This document shows positions 15,056 through 23,647 of a DNA stretch of 64,000 bases, piece by piece. Below the pieces are notes generated by a model, which ran no database searches, was not told the DNA's origin, and worked only from the letters and a program-made list of their open reading frames with translations. How positions within the stretch are numbered: the first letter of the stretch is position 1; each line of letters starts with the position of its first letter. The DNA comes from Candidatus Poseidoniaceae archaeon (lineage in GTDB: Archaea; Thermoplasmatota; Poseidoniia; Poseidoniales; Poseidoniaceae): the NCBI GenBank assembly GCA_938030705.1, contig CALHIR010000010.1:47130-111129 (forward strand), read 5' to 3'. The translations under genes and the position numbers were made by a program.

Positions 15056-16498
15056 ATGGTGATGGCGAAGCGAGAAAACGACGGACACCGACCAAGCGCA
15101 GGACGGTATTTGGATCAAGAAAAGGTGCGGAAGGCACTGGATTCAGCACAGACGCACGGAGCGAGTTATGCCGAAGTCCGTGTTGTGGCCTTAACCGAGT
15201 CCTCGGTCGCCATGCGAGACGGTGTGTTGGAACGCGCCATTCCCGGCCAAGAACTGGGCATGACCTTGCGTGTGCTCGCCGATGGCGCATGGGGTGTTCA
15301 CTCGACTACAGACCTCGCTTCACTTTCCGACCAAATTGAATCAACCACTCGTTTGGCCAAAGCCGTTGCCAAGCGCCGTTCGCCCAAGGAGCAACCCATC
15401 GGCCTTGCCGAAGTCCCTGTGCTCGAGGATGAGACCCACTGGCGCTCAAAATTGGATGTCAGAGACACCGACCTCGATCAAAAAATGGCCTTGATGAACG
15501 AGATGTACCACGGCGCAAAAGGTCATGAGGACATTGTCTCGATTCGAACAGGATGGAGTGATGAGCACATCCACACCGAATTGATGACCACCGAAGGCAT
15601 GGACCGAGTATGGTCTTTCCAACGCTCGTTGGTGAACGCAATGGTCACCGCACGAAGCGACGGCGAAGTAGTATCTTATCGCACTCGCCATGGCGGACAG
15701 GGTGGCTTGGAGATCATTCAAGCAGCAGATTTGGTCGGCTTGGGAGAGGATGCTCAGCGAGCTGCCCTTCGATTGCTCAAAGCAGAGCGGGCCCCCTCGG
15801 GCAAGTTACCTCTTGTCGCAGATAAGGACCTGACAGGCGTCTACATTCACGAAGCACTTGGCCACCCTTGCGAGGCTGATTTGGTCGCTGCAGGCGACTC
15901 ATGCTTGGATGGAAAACTCGGTCAGAAAATTGGAAATGAAATTGTCACGGTGGTTGACGACCCTACCATGATGGGCGGTTATGGCGCTTATCCGGTCGAT
16001 GACGAAGGCGTCAACACACGGGAAAAGGTGCTCATCAAGAATGGAATTTTGACCGAATACCTGAATCACCGAGAAACAGCTCATCACTTCGGCGTGGAGC
16101 CCAACGGAGGAGCAAGAGCCCAAGATGGCCTTCATCACCCGCTGGTCCGCATGAGCAACACCATGATTCAAGGAGGCACACACGCTGACTTGGACGAGTT
16201 GATGGAAGGCATCGAATACGGCGTATACGCCTGTGGTACTCGGGGCGGACAAGTGGATACGGGCCGTGGTTCCTTCCAATTTGCTGCTCAAGAGGCATGG
16301 CTCATCGAAAACGGTGAATTAACTCGCCCGCTCAAGGATGTCAGTGTCAGCGGGCTCACGCTTGAAATTCTCAAGAACGTGGATGGCTTGACCAGAGATG
16401 CCTCGCTTGCTTCACCAGGGTTTTGCGGAAAAGGTCAAACCGTTCCGGTTGGCGATGGCGGTCCAGTGATGCGAATCAGCGAAGCGTTGGTGGGCTGA
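15056..16498 (+). CDS. tldD: TldD family metallopeptidase (U62)
   Basis: HEALGHPCEADL (HExxxH) and the conserved C-terminal GxC...G region. Start trimmed to Met45 to avoid overlap with the upstream ORF. Confidence 0.85.
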   Translation: MVMAKRENDGHRPSAGRYLDQEKVRKALDSAQTHGASYAEVRVVALTESSVAMRDGVLERAIPGQELGMTLRVLADGAWGVHSTTDLASLSDQIESTTRLAKAVAKRRSPKEQPIGLAEVPVLEDETHWRSKLDVRDTDLDQKMALMNEMYHGAKGHEDIVSIRTGWSDEHIHTELMTTEGMDRVWSFQRSLVNAMVTARSDGEVVSYRTRHGGQGGLEIIQAADLVGLGEDAQRAALRLLKAERAPSGKLPLVADKDLTGVYIHEALGHPCEADLVAAGDSCLDGKLGQKIGNEIVTVVDDPTMMGGYGAYPVDDEGVNTREKVLIKNGILTEYLNHRETAHHFGVEPNGGARAQDGLHHPLVRMSNTMIQGGTHADLDELMEGIEYGVYACGTRGGQVDTGRGSFQFAAQEAWLIENGELTRPLKDVSVSGLTLEILKNVDGLTRDASLASPGFCGKGQTVPVGDGGPVMRISEALVG

Positions 16499-16499
16499 T

Positions 16500-17903
16500 A
16501 TGCTGCCCGAAGGTGCTGAAGATCGGCTTCTTGCCAACGCCAAGGTCATTGCCGAAGCGTGCAAAAATAGTGGTGTGGACCAATGGGATCTCATCGGTTT
16601 CCAGTCCTACGGCCACCAATTGGATATCGAAGCGGGAAAAATCACCATGGCTGCAGGTGGCGGCGAGGGTGGTTTTGGCGTTCGGGTTGTTGACGATGGA
16701 CGATTTGGATTTGCCCATCTCGTCGACGTGGCTGGAGCGGAGCGAGCGGTAGGCCAAGCGGTGGCCATCGCCAAGAAATCACCTTCCATCCGTGGTTTCG
16801 TCCTGCCAAGCGAACAACCAGCAAATGAAGTGGGGGGCCGAATGGATGCCTCCCTCCTCGACCTGAGTTCAGAAGATCTACTCGAGCAAGCCGACGCTGT
16901 GCTCTCCCACGTAAAATCGCTTGACGAGCGAGCCATCGTCACCGGCGGCGGCGTCGGCGTTTCGGTCACGGCTGGATGTTTGATGAGCAGCGAAGGCATT
17001 CTCTCCACGGGCATGACCACATCACATGGAATTGGGTTGCAAGTCACCTTGGACGTTGACGGGCAATTGACCAGTTCTTACCAGGGGCAATCCAGCAGGC
17101 GTCAACTTCCGGAACTCCCAGATTGTATTGGTCGAGCGGTCCATTGGGCGCAAGTAACTCAAAACCCACTTCAAGTTGAGAGTCAGGCAATGGAGACGCC
17201 GGTGTTGCTAACAAGCGAGGGCTTTTCTCCGTTATTTTCCATGGTCGTACCTCCGGCAATGTCCGGAGAGAAAATGGTGCGGAAGGAATCCTTCTGGTCC
17301 GAGCGTCTGAACGAACAGGTCATCAATCCGGCGCTTTCTCTTCACGATGACGGGCTGCTCGAGGGCGGCATGGCCTCCGGATCAAGGGATGCTGAAGGTG
17401 TCCCCCGTCGGCGACAAACCTTGGTTGAAAACGGGCGACTTACCAACATGCTCTGGTCCACTCGGGACGCTGCTCAGCAGGTTGCAGAGGGTCGAACAAA
17501 CAGCGCATCGTCCACCGGTTCGGCCAATTCAGGAGGGCATCAATCTCCGCCTTCCACGGGTTGCACGGAGTTGTTTTTGACCACGAAGGAGGCGACTTCT
17601 TCTTGGGACCATCTGCTCGAGCAGATGGGTGATGGCTACGTGGTGAACAGTGTGATGGGGGCCCATACGGCCAACCCATCAAGCGGAGATTTTTCGGTGA
17701 CCACCAGCGCCATCCTCAAGGTAGAAAACGGGGAAGTCGTGGGTGCGCTGAAGCAAGCCGGAGTCTCAGGAAATTTGGCAAAAGCGATGAACGGTAAGGT
17801 CGTTCTTGGCAACGATGTGCGCCGACAAGGTTCCTATTCTTCCGGTAGCATGCACCTCCCTGATGTTTTGCTCATGGACGGATTGAGGATCAACCCCGCC
17901 TGA
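16500..17903 (+). CDS. pmbA: PmbA/TldE family peptidase (U62 partner)
   Basis: 467 aa. TldD/PmbA fold, immediately downstream of tldD (2-nt gap). Confidence 0.8.
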   Translation: MLPEGAEDRLLANAKVIAEACKNSGVDQWDLIGFQSYGHQLDIEAGKITMAAGGGEGGFGVRVVDDGRFGFAHLVDVAGAERAVGQAVAIAKKSPSIRGFVLPSEQPANEVGGRMDASLLDLSSEDLLEQADAVLSHVKSLDERAIVTGGGVGVSVTAGCLMSSEGILSTGMTTSHGIGLQVTLDVDGQLTSSYQGQSSRRQLPELPDCIGRAVHWAQVTQNPLQVESQAMETPVLLTSEGFSPLFSMVVPPAMSGEKMVRKESFWSERLNEQVINPALSLHDDGLLEGGMASGSRDAEGVPRRRQTLVENGRLTNMLWSTRDAAQQVAEGRTNSASSTGSANSGGHQSPPSTGCTELFLTTKEATSSWDHLLEQMGDGYVVNSVMGAHTANPSSGDFSVTTSAILKVENGEVVGALKQAGVSGNLAKAMNGKVVLGNDVRRQGSYSSGSMHLPDVLLMDGLRINPA

Positions 17904-18064
17904 TTCCTCCAAAGTTCTCTACGGGATTCTTTATGTCCTGTCGTCGTTGGTGAGATGTCCCATGGAGGTCAAGGGAGTGTCCAATCTTAACCAACCCGCA
18001 CGAAAGCCCGCAGCCTGTTCTCCGCACAGGCCCCGAACAACAACGCCTGTCGGAGGGTATCGTC

Positions 18065-19747
18065 ATGTCTGAAGGCAAATACGCTGACTATGTCGAGGCC
18101 GTGCAGAAAGAATGCCCGGAAGCTGATGCGAAGGAAATCGCTGAGGCTTTCGCTAAGTACGAGCAGGAGTTTTACATCCCCCCGCAGGATGCCATGCGTT
18201 CGGTGCTTCGCCGATTCCAAAGCGGTACTTCGCCAACCCCAACAGGGAGTGGAACGACGCCCCGAGAGACCAAGAAAGTCGCTGGTCTTTCGGAACTAAC
18301 GGGCAACGACCGAGACGTTGAGATCGAAGTGGCCATCATCACCCACAACATCCGCGACCAAATGATTCGTGGTGAAGAAAAGCAAATCGCCTTTGGTATG
18401 CTCGAGGATAATCCGTGGGAAGAAAACGGTCAACGCACCCGTTGGGACTACAAGGATTGGGGCCCCCACGCGAACCTTGCTTCGGGAAGCATCGTTCGAA
18501 TTGAGGGCGCCAGCGTGAACGAATACAACGGTAAAATGTCGTTGAACATCAATCAATCCACCCGTATCGTCGTTCTGAAAGAAGGTGTGGCTACCGAGGT
18601 ATCTTCCAACGACCCCATCAACATCGACACCATTCCCAAGGAAGGCTACATTTGTGTTGTTGGCCGCGTGTTGGCCAGCCGACCAGACCAAATTCACCGA
18701 AAGGATGGTTCAGGCTCCATCGATGTCGTTCGTGGACGCCTTGCTGACGATACGGGAACCATCGGCTTTCTTTCATGGGAGCCATTTGAGCACGAAGTCG
18801 GCACCTTGTTGAAAATTGATGGTGCTCAGGTTCGGAGTTTCAGAGACACGCCAGAATTGAATTTTGGCCGCACCACGCGAATCGAAGTGTTTCATGACAC
18901 CAACTTTGCCAACCTCGAAACATTGGCTCAGAGTACTAAAACGGACATTGCAGGCCTACGGGACGGTTCCCGAGATGTGGACGCCGTTGTCCAAATCACG
19001 GAGATCACCAAGCGAACGTTCGAGCGAGATGGCGAAGAGAAATTCCTGTGGTCTGGTCAGATTGCCGACCCAACGGGTCGTTGCCGAATCAGCATTTGGG
19101 ACGGCCTTCCGTTTGAAGAGGGCGACTTGCCTGTTACATTGGAAATCCGGGGTGCAAGGGTTCGAGCCTGGCAGGGCATTCCAGACATTACCGTCGATAA
19201 GGCCGACCAGCTCACGGTGTTGGATACGCCACCTTGGGACGATGACATGGACCTCACCAATCACTCCGTCGACGTCCCGTTGACCGAAGTCGTGGCTGGC
19301 CCAAGTCGTGTCGGCATGAAAACCGGGGGGGTGCTCGTAAGCGTCCGAGAGGACTCAGGCTTCATTCTCCGATGCACGGAGTGCCGCCGCGTTCTGCGGG
19401 AGGGAGCGTGTTTTGATCACGGTGCGAACGAAGGAAACGAGGATATTCGTCTTCGAATGGTCATGGATAACGACGGTGTGACCGCAGCTGTTCTCGTGAA
19501 CAAAGAGGCGACGCTTGCCGCTTTGGAACTGACCTATGAAGACATGAAAGCAAAGGTCGAGGAACTCGGCGACCTCGGGTTTGTCCAGTTGGTACGTGAA
19601 CGTGTGCTTGGACGCCGCGTCCACGTTTCTGGTCGCAGTATTGTTGATGAGCAGGGCGCCATGGTGTTAGCCGATGGTTTCCAAATCGAACAACATGACG
19701 CCCAAATGCGGGCGTCTGAATTGCGAGCACAATGGGGGTGGGCTTGA
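18065..19747 (+). CDS. rpa: replication protein A (ssDNA-binding, multi-OB with zinc finger)
   Basis: 560 aa. Archaeal RPA N-terminus (MSEGKYADYVEAV...). Several OB folds. C4-type zinc motif CTECRRV...CFDHG. Confidence 0.8.
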   Translation: MSEGKYADYVEAVQKECPEADAKEIAEAFAKYEQEFYIPPQDAMRSVLRRFQSGTSPTPTGSGTTPRETKKVAGLSELTGNDRDVEIEVAIITHNIRDQMIRGEEKQIAFGMLEDNPWEENGQRTRWDYKDWGPHANLASGSIVRIEGASVNEYNGKMSLNINQSTRIVVLKEGVATEVSSNDPINIDTIPKEGYICVVGRVLASRPDQIHRKDGSGSIDVVRGRLADDTGTIGFLSWEPFEHEVGTLLKIDGAQVRSFRDTPELNFGRTTRIEVFHDTNFANLETLAQSTKTDIAGLRDGSRDVDAVVQITEITKRTFERDGEEKFLWSGQIADPTGRCRISIWDGLPFEEGDLPVTLEIRGARVRAWQGIPDITVDKADQLTVLDTPPWDDDMDLTNHSVDVPLTEVVAGPSRVGMKTGGVLVSVREDSGFILRCTECRRVLREGACFDHGANEGNEDIRLRMVMDNDGVTAAVLVNKEATLAALELTYEDMKAKVEELGDLGFVQLVRERVLGRRVHVSGRSIVDEQGAMVLADGFQIEQHDAQMRASELRAQWGWA

Positions 19748-20658
19748 TGGAGCGAGCAAGAATTGCCCGTCAACCGGCTCATCTTTTACTCGCTTCTGAA
19801 TTTGGAAGTGCGACGCTCCATGAGAAGGGTTCGGGTGAATACGACCCGTCTTTTGTTATCACCAAACTCGGTGCAAAAGTCAACCGTATTGTCGCAGCAG
19901 GTTTGCTTGAACGTTTGGAATTGCGGGAAACCAGCAACGGGTCTTCGCTCTACCAAGGGCAACTGAGAGACCCAACCGGGCTTCATTACTTCTCGATTGG
20001 AGAATACAATTCCGAGATGATGCAAGAGCTGGCCCACCAGTGGACCGAACGTCTCGACGATGGAGAGCCCCTTCTGGTGATGATGACTTCCAAGACCCGT
20101 TGGTACCAAACCGACGAGGGGGCGGTCTACACCTCATTGCGGCCCGAAGAAGCATGCGTGGTAAAGCGAGAAATCTATGCGAACTGGCTGTTGGATGCCT
20201 GCGAGGCGACCATGGCCCGCATGAACCAATTCACGTCCTCCCTGGAGGTGGAGCCGACGCTCGATGCCTTTGCTCGGGCTGAACTTCCTTCCAGTCTCCT
20301 TGCGGCTCGCAATCATTACGGCGAGGTGGACCTTGAACCATTCAAGCTCAATTTGATGCAGGCGCTGGACATAGCCGAAGGGAAAATTGAGGCGGCCACA
20401 ACGCCCCCTCCTGTCATGTCGCTGCCCGATGAGCCAGCCGCCACTTCAGAGGGGGGCCAGAACGTTGAGGCATTTTTGCTTCAAGCGATTGGGCATTTGG
20501 ATCAAGGCGAGGGCGTAACCTTCGACACGCTCTTGAAGAACGCCGTGGCTCGTGGTTTTGTTCGTGAGGTCGCTGAAGCCAAACTCGAAGAGATGCTCGA
20601 CGGCGGAACCCTTGATGAACCACGATTTGGGTGGTTCAGACTTGCCGCCAATGAATAA
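19732..20658 (+). CDS. RPA-associated protein (COG3390-like, OB fold)
   Basis: 308 aa. Overlaps the rpa stop by 16 nt. OB-like N-terminal half. Matches the rpa-rpap operon arrangement known in euryarchaea. Confidence 0.45.
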   Translation: MGVGLMERARIARQPAHLLLASEFGSATLHEKGSGEYDPSFVITKLGAKVNRIVAAGLLERLELRETSNGSSLYQGQLRDPTGLHYFSIGEYNSEMMQELAHQWTERLDDGEPLLVMMTSKTRWYQTDEGAVYTSLRPEEACVVKREIYANWLLDACEATMARMNQFTSSLEVEPTLDAFARAELPSSLLAARNHYGEVDLEPFKLNLMQALDIAEGKIEAATTPPPVMSLPDEPAATSEGGQNVEAFLLQAIGHLDQGEGVTFDTLLKNAVARGFVREVAEAKLEEMLDGGTLDEPRFGWFRLAANE

Positions 20659-20696
20659 TTTGGCTCCAACACATTCAAGTTCTTCTCACGCTGTGG

Positions 20697-21068
20697 TTGG
20701 AACAGGGGTCAAACATGGCTGGAATGGATTTCTTTATTCGCCCCGCATCGGGCACATCAAGTTCTGACTGGGTTCGAATTGCGAACGCTGACATCAAAGT
20801 GAGAATGACACGACGACTGACACGTACGGTCATCAGAGGTCAAGAAGGCGATGATTTGCACGATGAAGGTTCAGAATCGACCATGTACACCGTCCGTGGT
20901 GAGTTGAGCATTGATGAATACAAGCGAATCGTTGCCATGTTCCGCACCGGTCAACCGTACATTCACGATCCCTTTGAAGAGCGAGATGTAAAAGTGATCT
21001 TCGCCGTAATGGAGTACGACAGCTCAAATGAGAGTTTCCACTTTGAACTGCTTGAAGACGTGATTTGA
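20697..21068 (+). CDS. hypothetical protein (first gene of pilus-like operon)
   Basis: 123 aa. A 5-nt gap to the T2SSF-domain gene suggests co-transcription. Confidence 0.4.
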   Translation: MEQGSNMAGMDFFIRPASGTSSSDWVRIANADIKVRMTRRLTRTVIRGQEGDDLHDEGSESTMYTVRGELSIDEYKRIVAMFRTGQPYIHDPFEERDVKVIFAVMEYDSSNESFHFELLEDVI

Positions 21069-21072
21069 GGAG

Positions 21073-21660
21073 TTGATTGACGTGCGTGAACTGGAGGAAA
21101 AGCGAGAACTCCTCTATGTCATTCGCACCATGGACGTCCTGATGTCTTCTGGCGTGGGTTTGGAAGCGGCGCTTCACACCATTGGTCGGGGCGGCTATGG
21201 CATCATATCCGAAGATTTCTCATCGATGATGAAGCGGTTGCGAAAGGGTACCGGTGGTGGTATTGACAAGGAATTGAAGTCCATGATGAAAACGGCGCAA
21301 TCCTCTGGATACAAGCGCCTCCTCAACACCCTTTACACGAACGTTACACAAAATACGGATTTGGTTGAAACCCTGAAAAAGCAGGGTGCAAGGATGGAAG
21401 AAGACCGCTCTGCAGAGGTTGAAAAATACATCGAAACACTTGGTGGCGTCCCCGAAACCCTTCTTTCTATAGGAATGATTGGGCCGATTATTCTCGCCAT
21501 TGTTGGCTTGATTCCTCAACTGATGCCAAGTGACGGCTCGCTCATATCCTTCCCGGATGCAGCGGTCATGAGCAGTGTGGTGAACATGGGCTTGTTGGTG
21601 ACCCTTGTTTGCATGGCGCTCATCGGTCTCAAGGCGCACACAAAAGACCCGGGCTTGTGA
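21073..21660 (+). CDS. type II secretion system F-domain membrane protein (TadB/TadC/FlaJ-like), N-terminal half
   Basis: 195 aa. T2SSF helical domain (LYVIRTMDVLMSSGVGLEAALHTIG) followed by a TM bundle. Confidence 0.65.
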   Translation: MIDVRELEEKRELLYVIRTMDVLMSSGVGLEAALHTIGRGGYGIISEDFSSMMKRLRKGTGGGIDKELKSMMKTAQSSGYKRLLNTLYTNVTQNTDLVETLKKQGARMEEDRSAEVEKYIETLGGVPETLLSIGMIGPIILAIVGLIPQLMPSDGSLISFPDAAVMSSVVNMGLLVTLVCMALIGLKAHTKDPGL

Positions 21661-21669
21661 GGTGAACTG

Positions 21670-22401
21670 ATGCTGTTTGGTTTCCTCGAAACGTTCAATG
21701 AAACGCCGCTCCTTCTGTACTTGGCGGTGATCGCCATCGCATGTGCCGGGGGAGGCATCCCCCCAATGCTGGAGCGTCGGCGTCGCCGAGCGATTGAAAA
21801 CGCCCTCCCAACATTCCTTGAAGCGCTTTCTGATTCCGTGGGGGCCGGGCGTGGTTTGCAAGAAGCCATGATGGAACAATCAGAGTCCAGCGACGGCCTC
21901 CTGCCCTCCTTGCTCTCTGAAACCCTAAAGGAAGCCCATGCGTCTTCCTTCGAAGCAAGCCTCACTGCGTTCGCTGCCAAAACCCGCTCTAGCCAAGTTC
22001 AGCGCGTCATGATGTTGATTGAGACCGCCATACAACAGGATTCCAGTCTGCGCGATATCTTGAGTGATTTAAGCCGAGATTACGAGCGACTCAACGACCT
22101 AATGAACCAGCGAGAGAGTGAACTCTCAGGGCGAGGCATGCTCATCATCATCTTTGTCAGCGTTGGCTTACCTGTTCTGATTGCCTTTATTGTCGGCCTG
22201 TTCGCACCGGCCAGCAAAGGGTTCCAAATTACTGGTTTCAACCAAACTTTCAGCCTCTTTTTCGCCGCCGCATCTGCAGTTGGCGTCGGTGTTTCCGGAC
22301 GCATGATGGGTCGTCTCAGAGATACGTTGTGGTGGCTTCCCATGTGGATGGCCATCTCCATGGGGCTCTATCTTGGAGCCGTCAAAGCCGTAGGAGGTTA
22401 A
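21670..22401 (+). CDS. type II secretion system F-domain membrane protein, C-terminal half
   Basis: 243 aa. Second T2SSF domain plus TM helices. In the same reading frame as 21073..21660, separated from it only by a TGA and 9 nt. Confidence 0.65.
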   Translation: MLFGFLETFNETPLLLYLAVIAIACAGGGIPPMLERRRRRAIENALPTFLEALSDSVGAGRGLQEAMMEQSESSDGLLPSLLSETLKEAHASSFEASLTAFAAKTRSSQVQRVMMLIETAIQQDSSLRDILSDLSRDYERLNDLMNQRESELSGRGMLIIIFVSVGLPVLIAFIVGLFAPASKGFQITGFNQTFSLFFAAASAVGVGVSGRMMGRLRDTLWWLPMWMAISMGLYLGAVKAVGG

Positions 22402-22404
22402 TGC

Positions 22405-23646
22405 ATGTCAGAACAAATTTTGGAACAATACGGAAGAGTGACCATTTACACCGAAGCCAATCACCCTTCTCCAATCTACCATGTTGAGGGTGAAATCCAG
22501 GCCAATCCATACGGTGATCTTGCCGCTTTGTTTGAAGACGATGCCCTTGAAGAGGTGATGTACAACGGCGGAACCCAATGTGTGAAGGTCGCCCACCGGA
22601 ACCATGGAATGTGCCGAACCAATATTTGGATTGACGATGAATCCGGCCTTCAAATCGCCAAGAACATCGCCTCATTCACCAACGTGCCTTTGGGTGATGG
22701 TCCTGGGCTTGTGCCCATCTTCGACGGCCGTCTTCCCGACGGGTCCCGTGTCAACGGAACCATCCCTCCGGTCTCGCCTGACGGGCCAACGCTAACGATT
22801 CGTAAGTTCAAGGAAGACCCGCTCACCATGATCGACCTCGTGAACTTCGGCACGGTGAATTCCCGCTTGGCCGCCATGATGTGGGTCTGGATTGAAGGGC
22901 TTGACAGTCGTCCAGCCAACTTTGTCATCGCAGGTGGAACCGGTTCAGGTAAAACCACGACGCTGAACTGTCTCGGCATGTACATTCCGTGGTCCCGTCG
23001 GCTTCTGACGGTCGAAGACACCGCTGAATTGCAAGTCTATCACGACCACTGGCTCCGTATGGAAACTCGCCGTGAGCGCCCCGATGGAACCCAGGAAGTT
23101 GACATGAACGATTGCCTAAAGTCAAGCCTGCGTATGCGACCTGACCGCATCATCGTCGGTGAAGTTCGCGGACCGGAGTGCGCCACTTTACTCACGGCCA
23201 TGAACACGGGACACGACGGTTCTTTTGGCTCGCTCCACGCCAACACGGCTCAAGAAACGGTGACTCGTATGATCAATCCACCGATGAGCGTACCGCCCAT
23301 CATGCTGAGCGGTCTCGACCTCATCATCATTCAAGCCCGGCTCCACGTCAACGGAAAAACGGCCCGAAAAATCACCGAAGTAGCAGAAGTTGCTGGGATG
23401 GAAGGCGACAAACCTCGTCTGAACGCCATTTGGAAGTACAATGCTGCAACCGACCAAATTGAAGAAACTGGCATTCCATCCAAACTCCGGGAAACCATCT
23501 GCAATGCAGCTGGCGTCACCCCCGATGTCTTCGAGAGGCATGTCGCACAACGACAAGCCATCATTGAGGACCTCTGCCAGCGTGGTATTTCAGATATCCA
23601 AACGGTGACTTCGGTGGTGCAGAACTTTTACGCACAGCAGCACTGA
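22405..23646 (+). CDS. type II/IV secretion system ATPase (TadA/VirB11/FlaI family)
   Basis: 413 aa. Walker A (IAGGTGSGKTTTLN), Asp box, Walker B (DRIIVGEVRG), His box (GHDGSFGSLHAN). Confidence 0.85.
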   Translation: MSEQILEQYGRVTIYTEANHPSPIYHVEGEIQANPYGDLAALFEDDALEEVMYNGGTQCVKVAHRNHGMCRTNIWIDDESGLQIAKNIASFTNVPLGDGPGLVPIFDGRLPDGSRVNGTIPPVSPDGPTLTIRKFKEDPLTMIDLVNFGTVNSRLAAMMWVWIEGLDSRPANFVIAGGTGSGKTTTLNCLGMYIPWSRRLLTVEDTAELQVYHDHWLRMETRRERPDGTQEVDMNDCLKSSLRMRPDRIIVGEVRGPECATLLTAMNTGHDGSFGSLHANTAQETVTRMINPPMSVPPIMLSGLDLIIIQARLHVNGKTARKITEVAEVAGMEGDKPRLNAIWKYNAATDQIEETGIPSKLRETICNAAGVTPDVFERHVAQRQAIIEDLCQRGISDIQTVTSVVQNFYAQQH

Positions 23647-23647
23647 A

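Noticed and set aside
21658-21660. In-frame TGA between the two T2SSF-domain ORFs as a selenocysteine codon
   Set aside because: The position is in an inter-domain linker rather than a redox Cys site. There is no SECIS-like hairpin evident downstream, and no selenoprotein machinery is in view. Gene fission or a nonsense mutation is more parsimonious.
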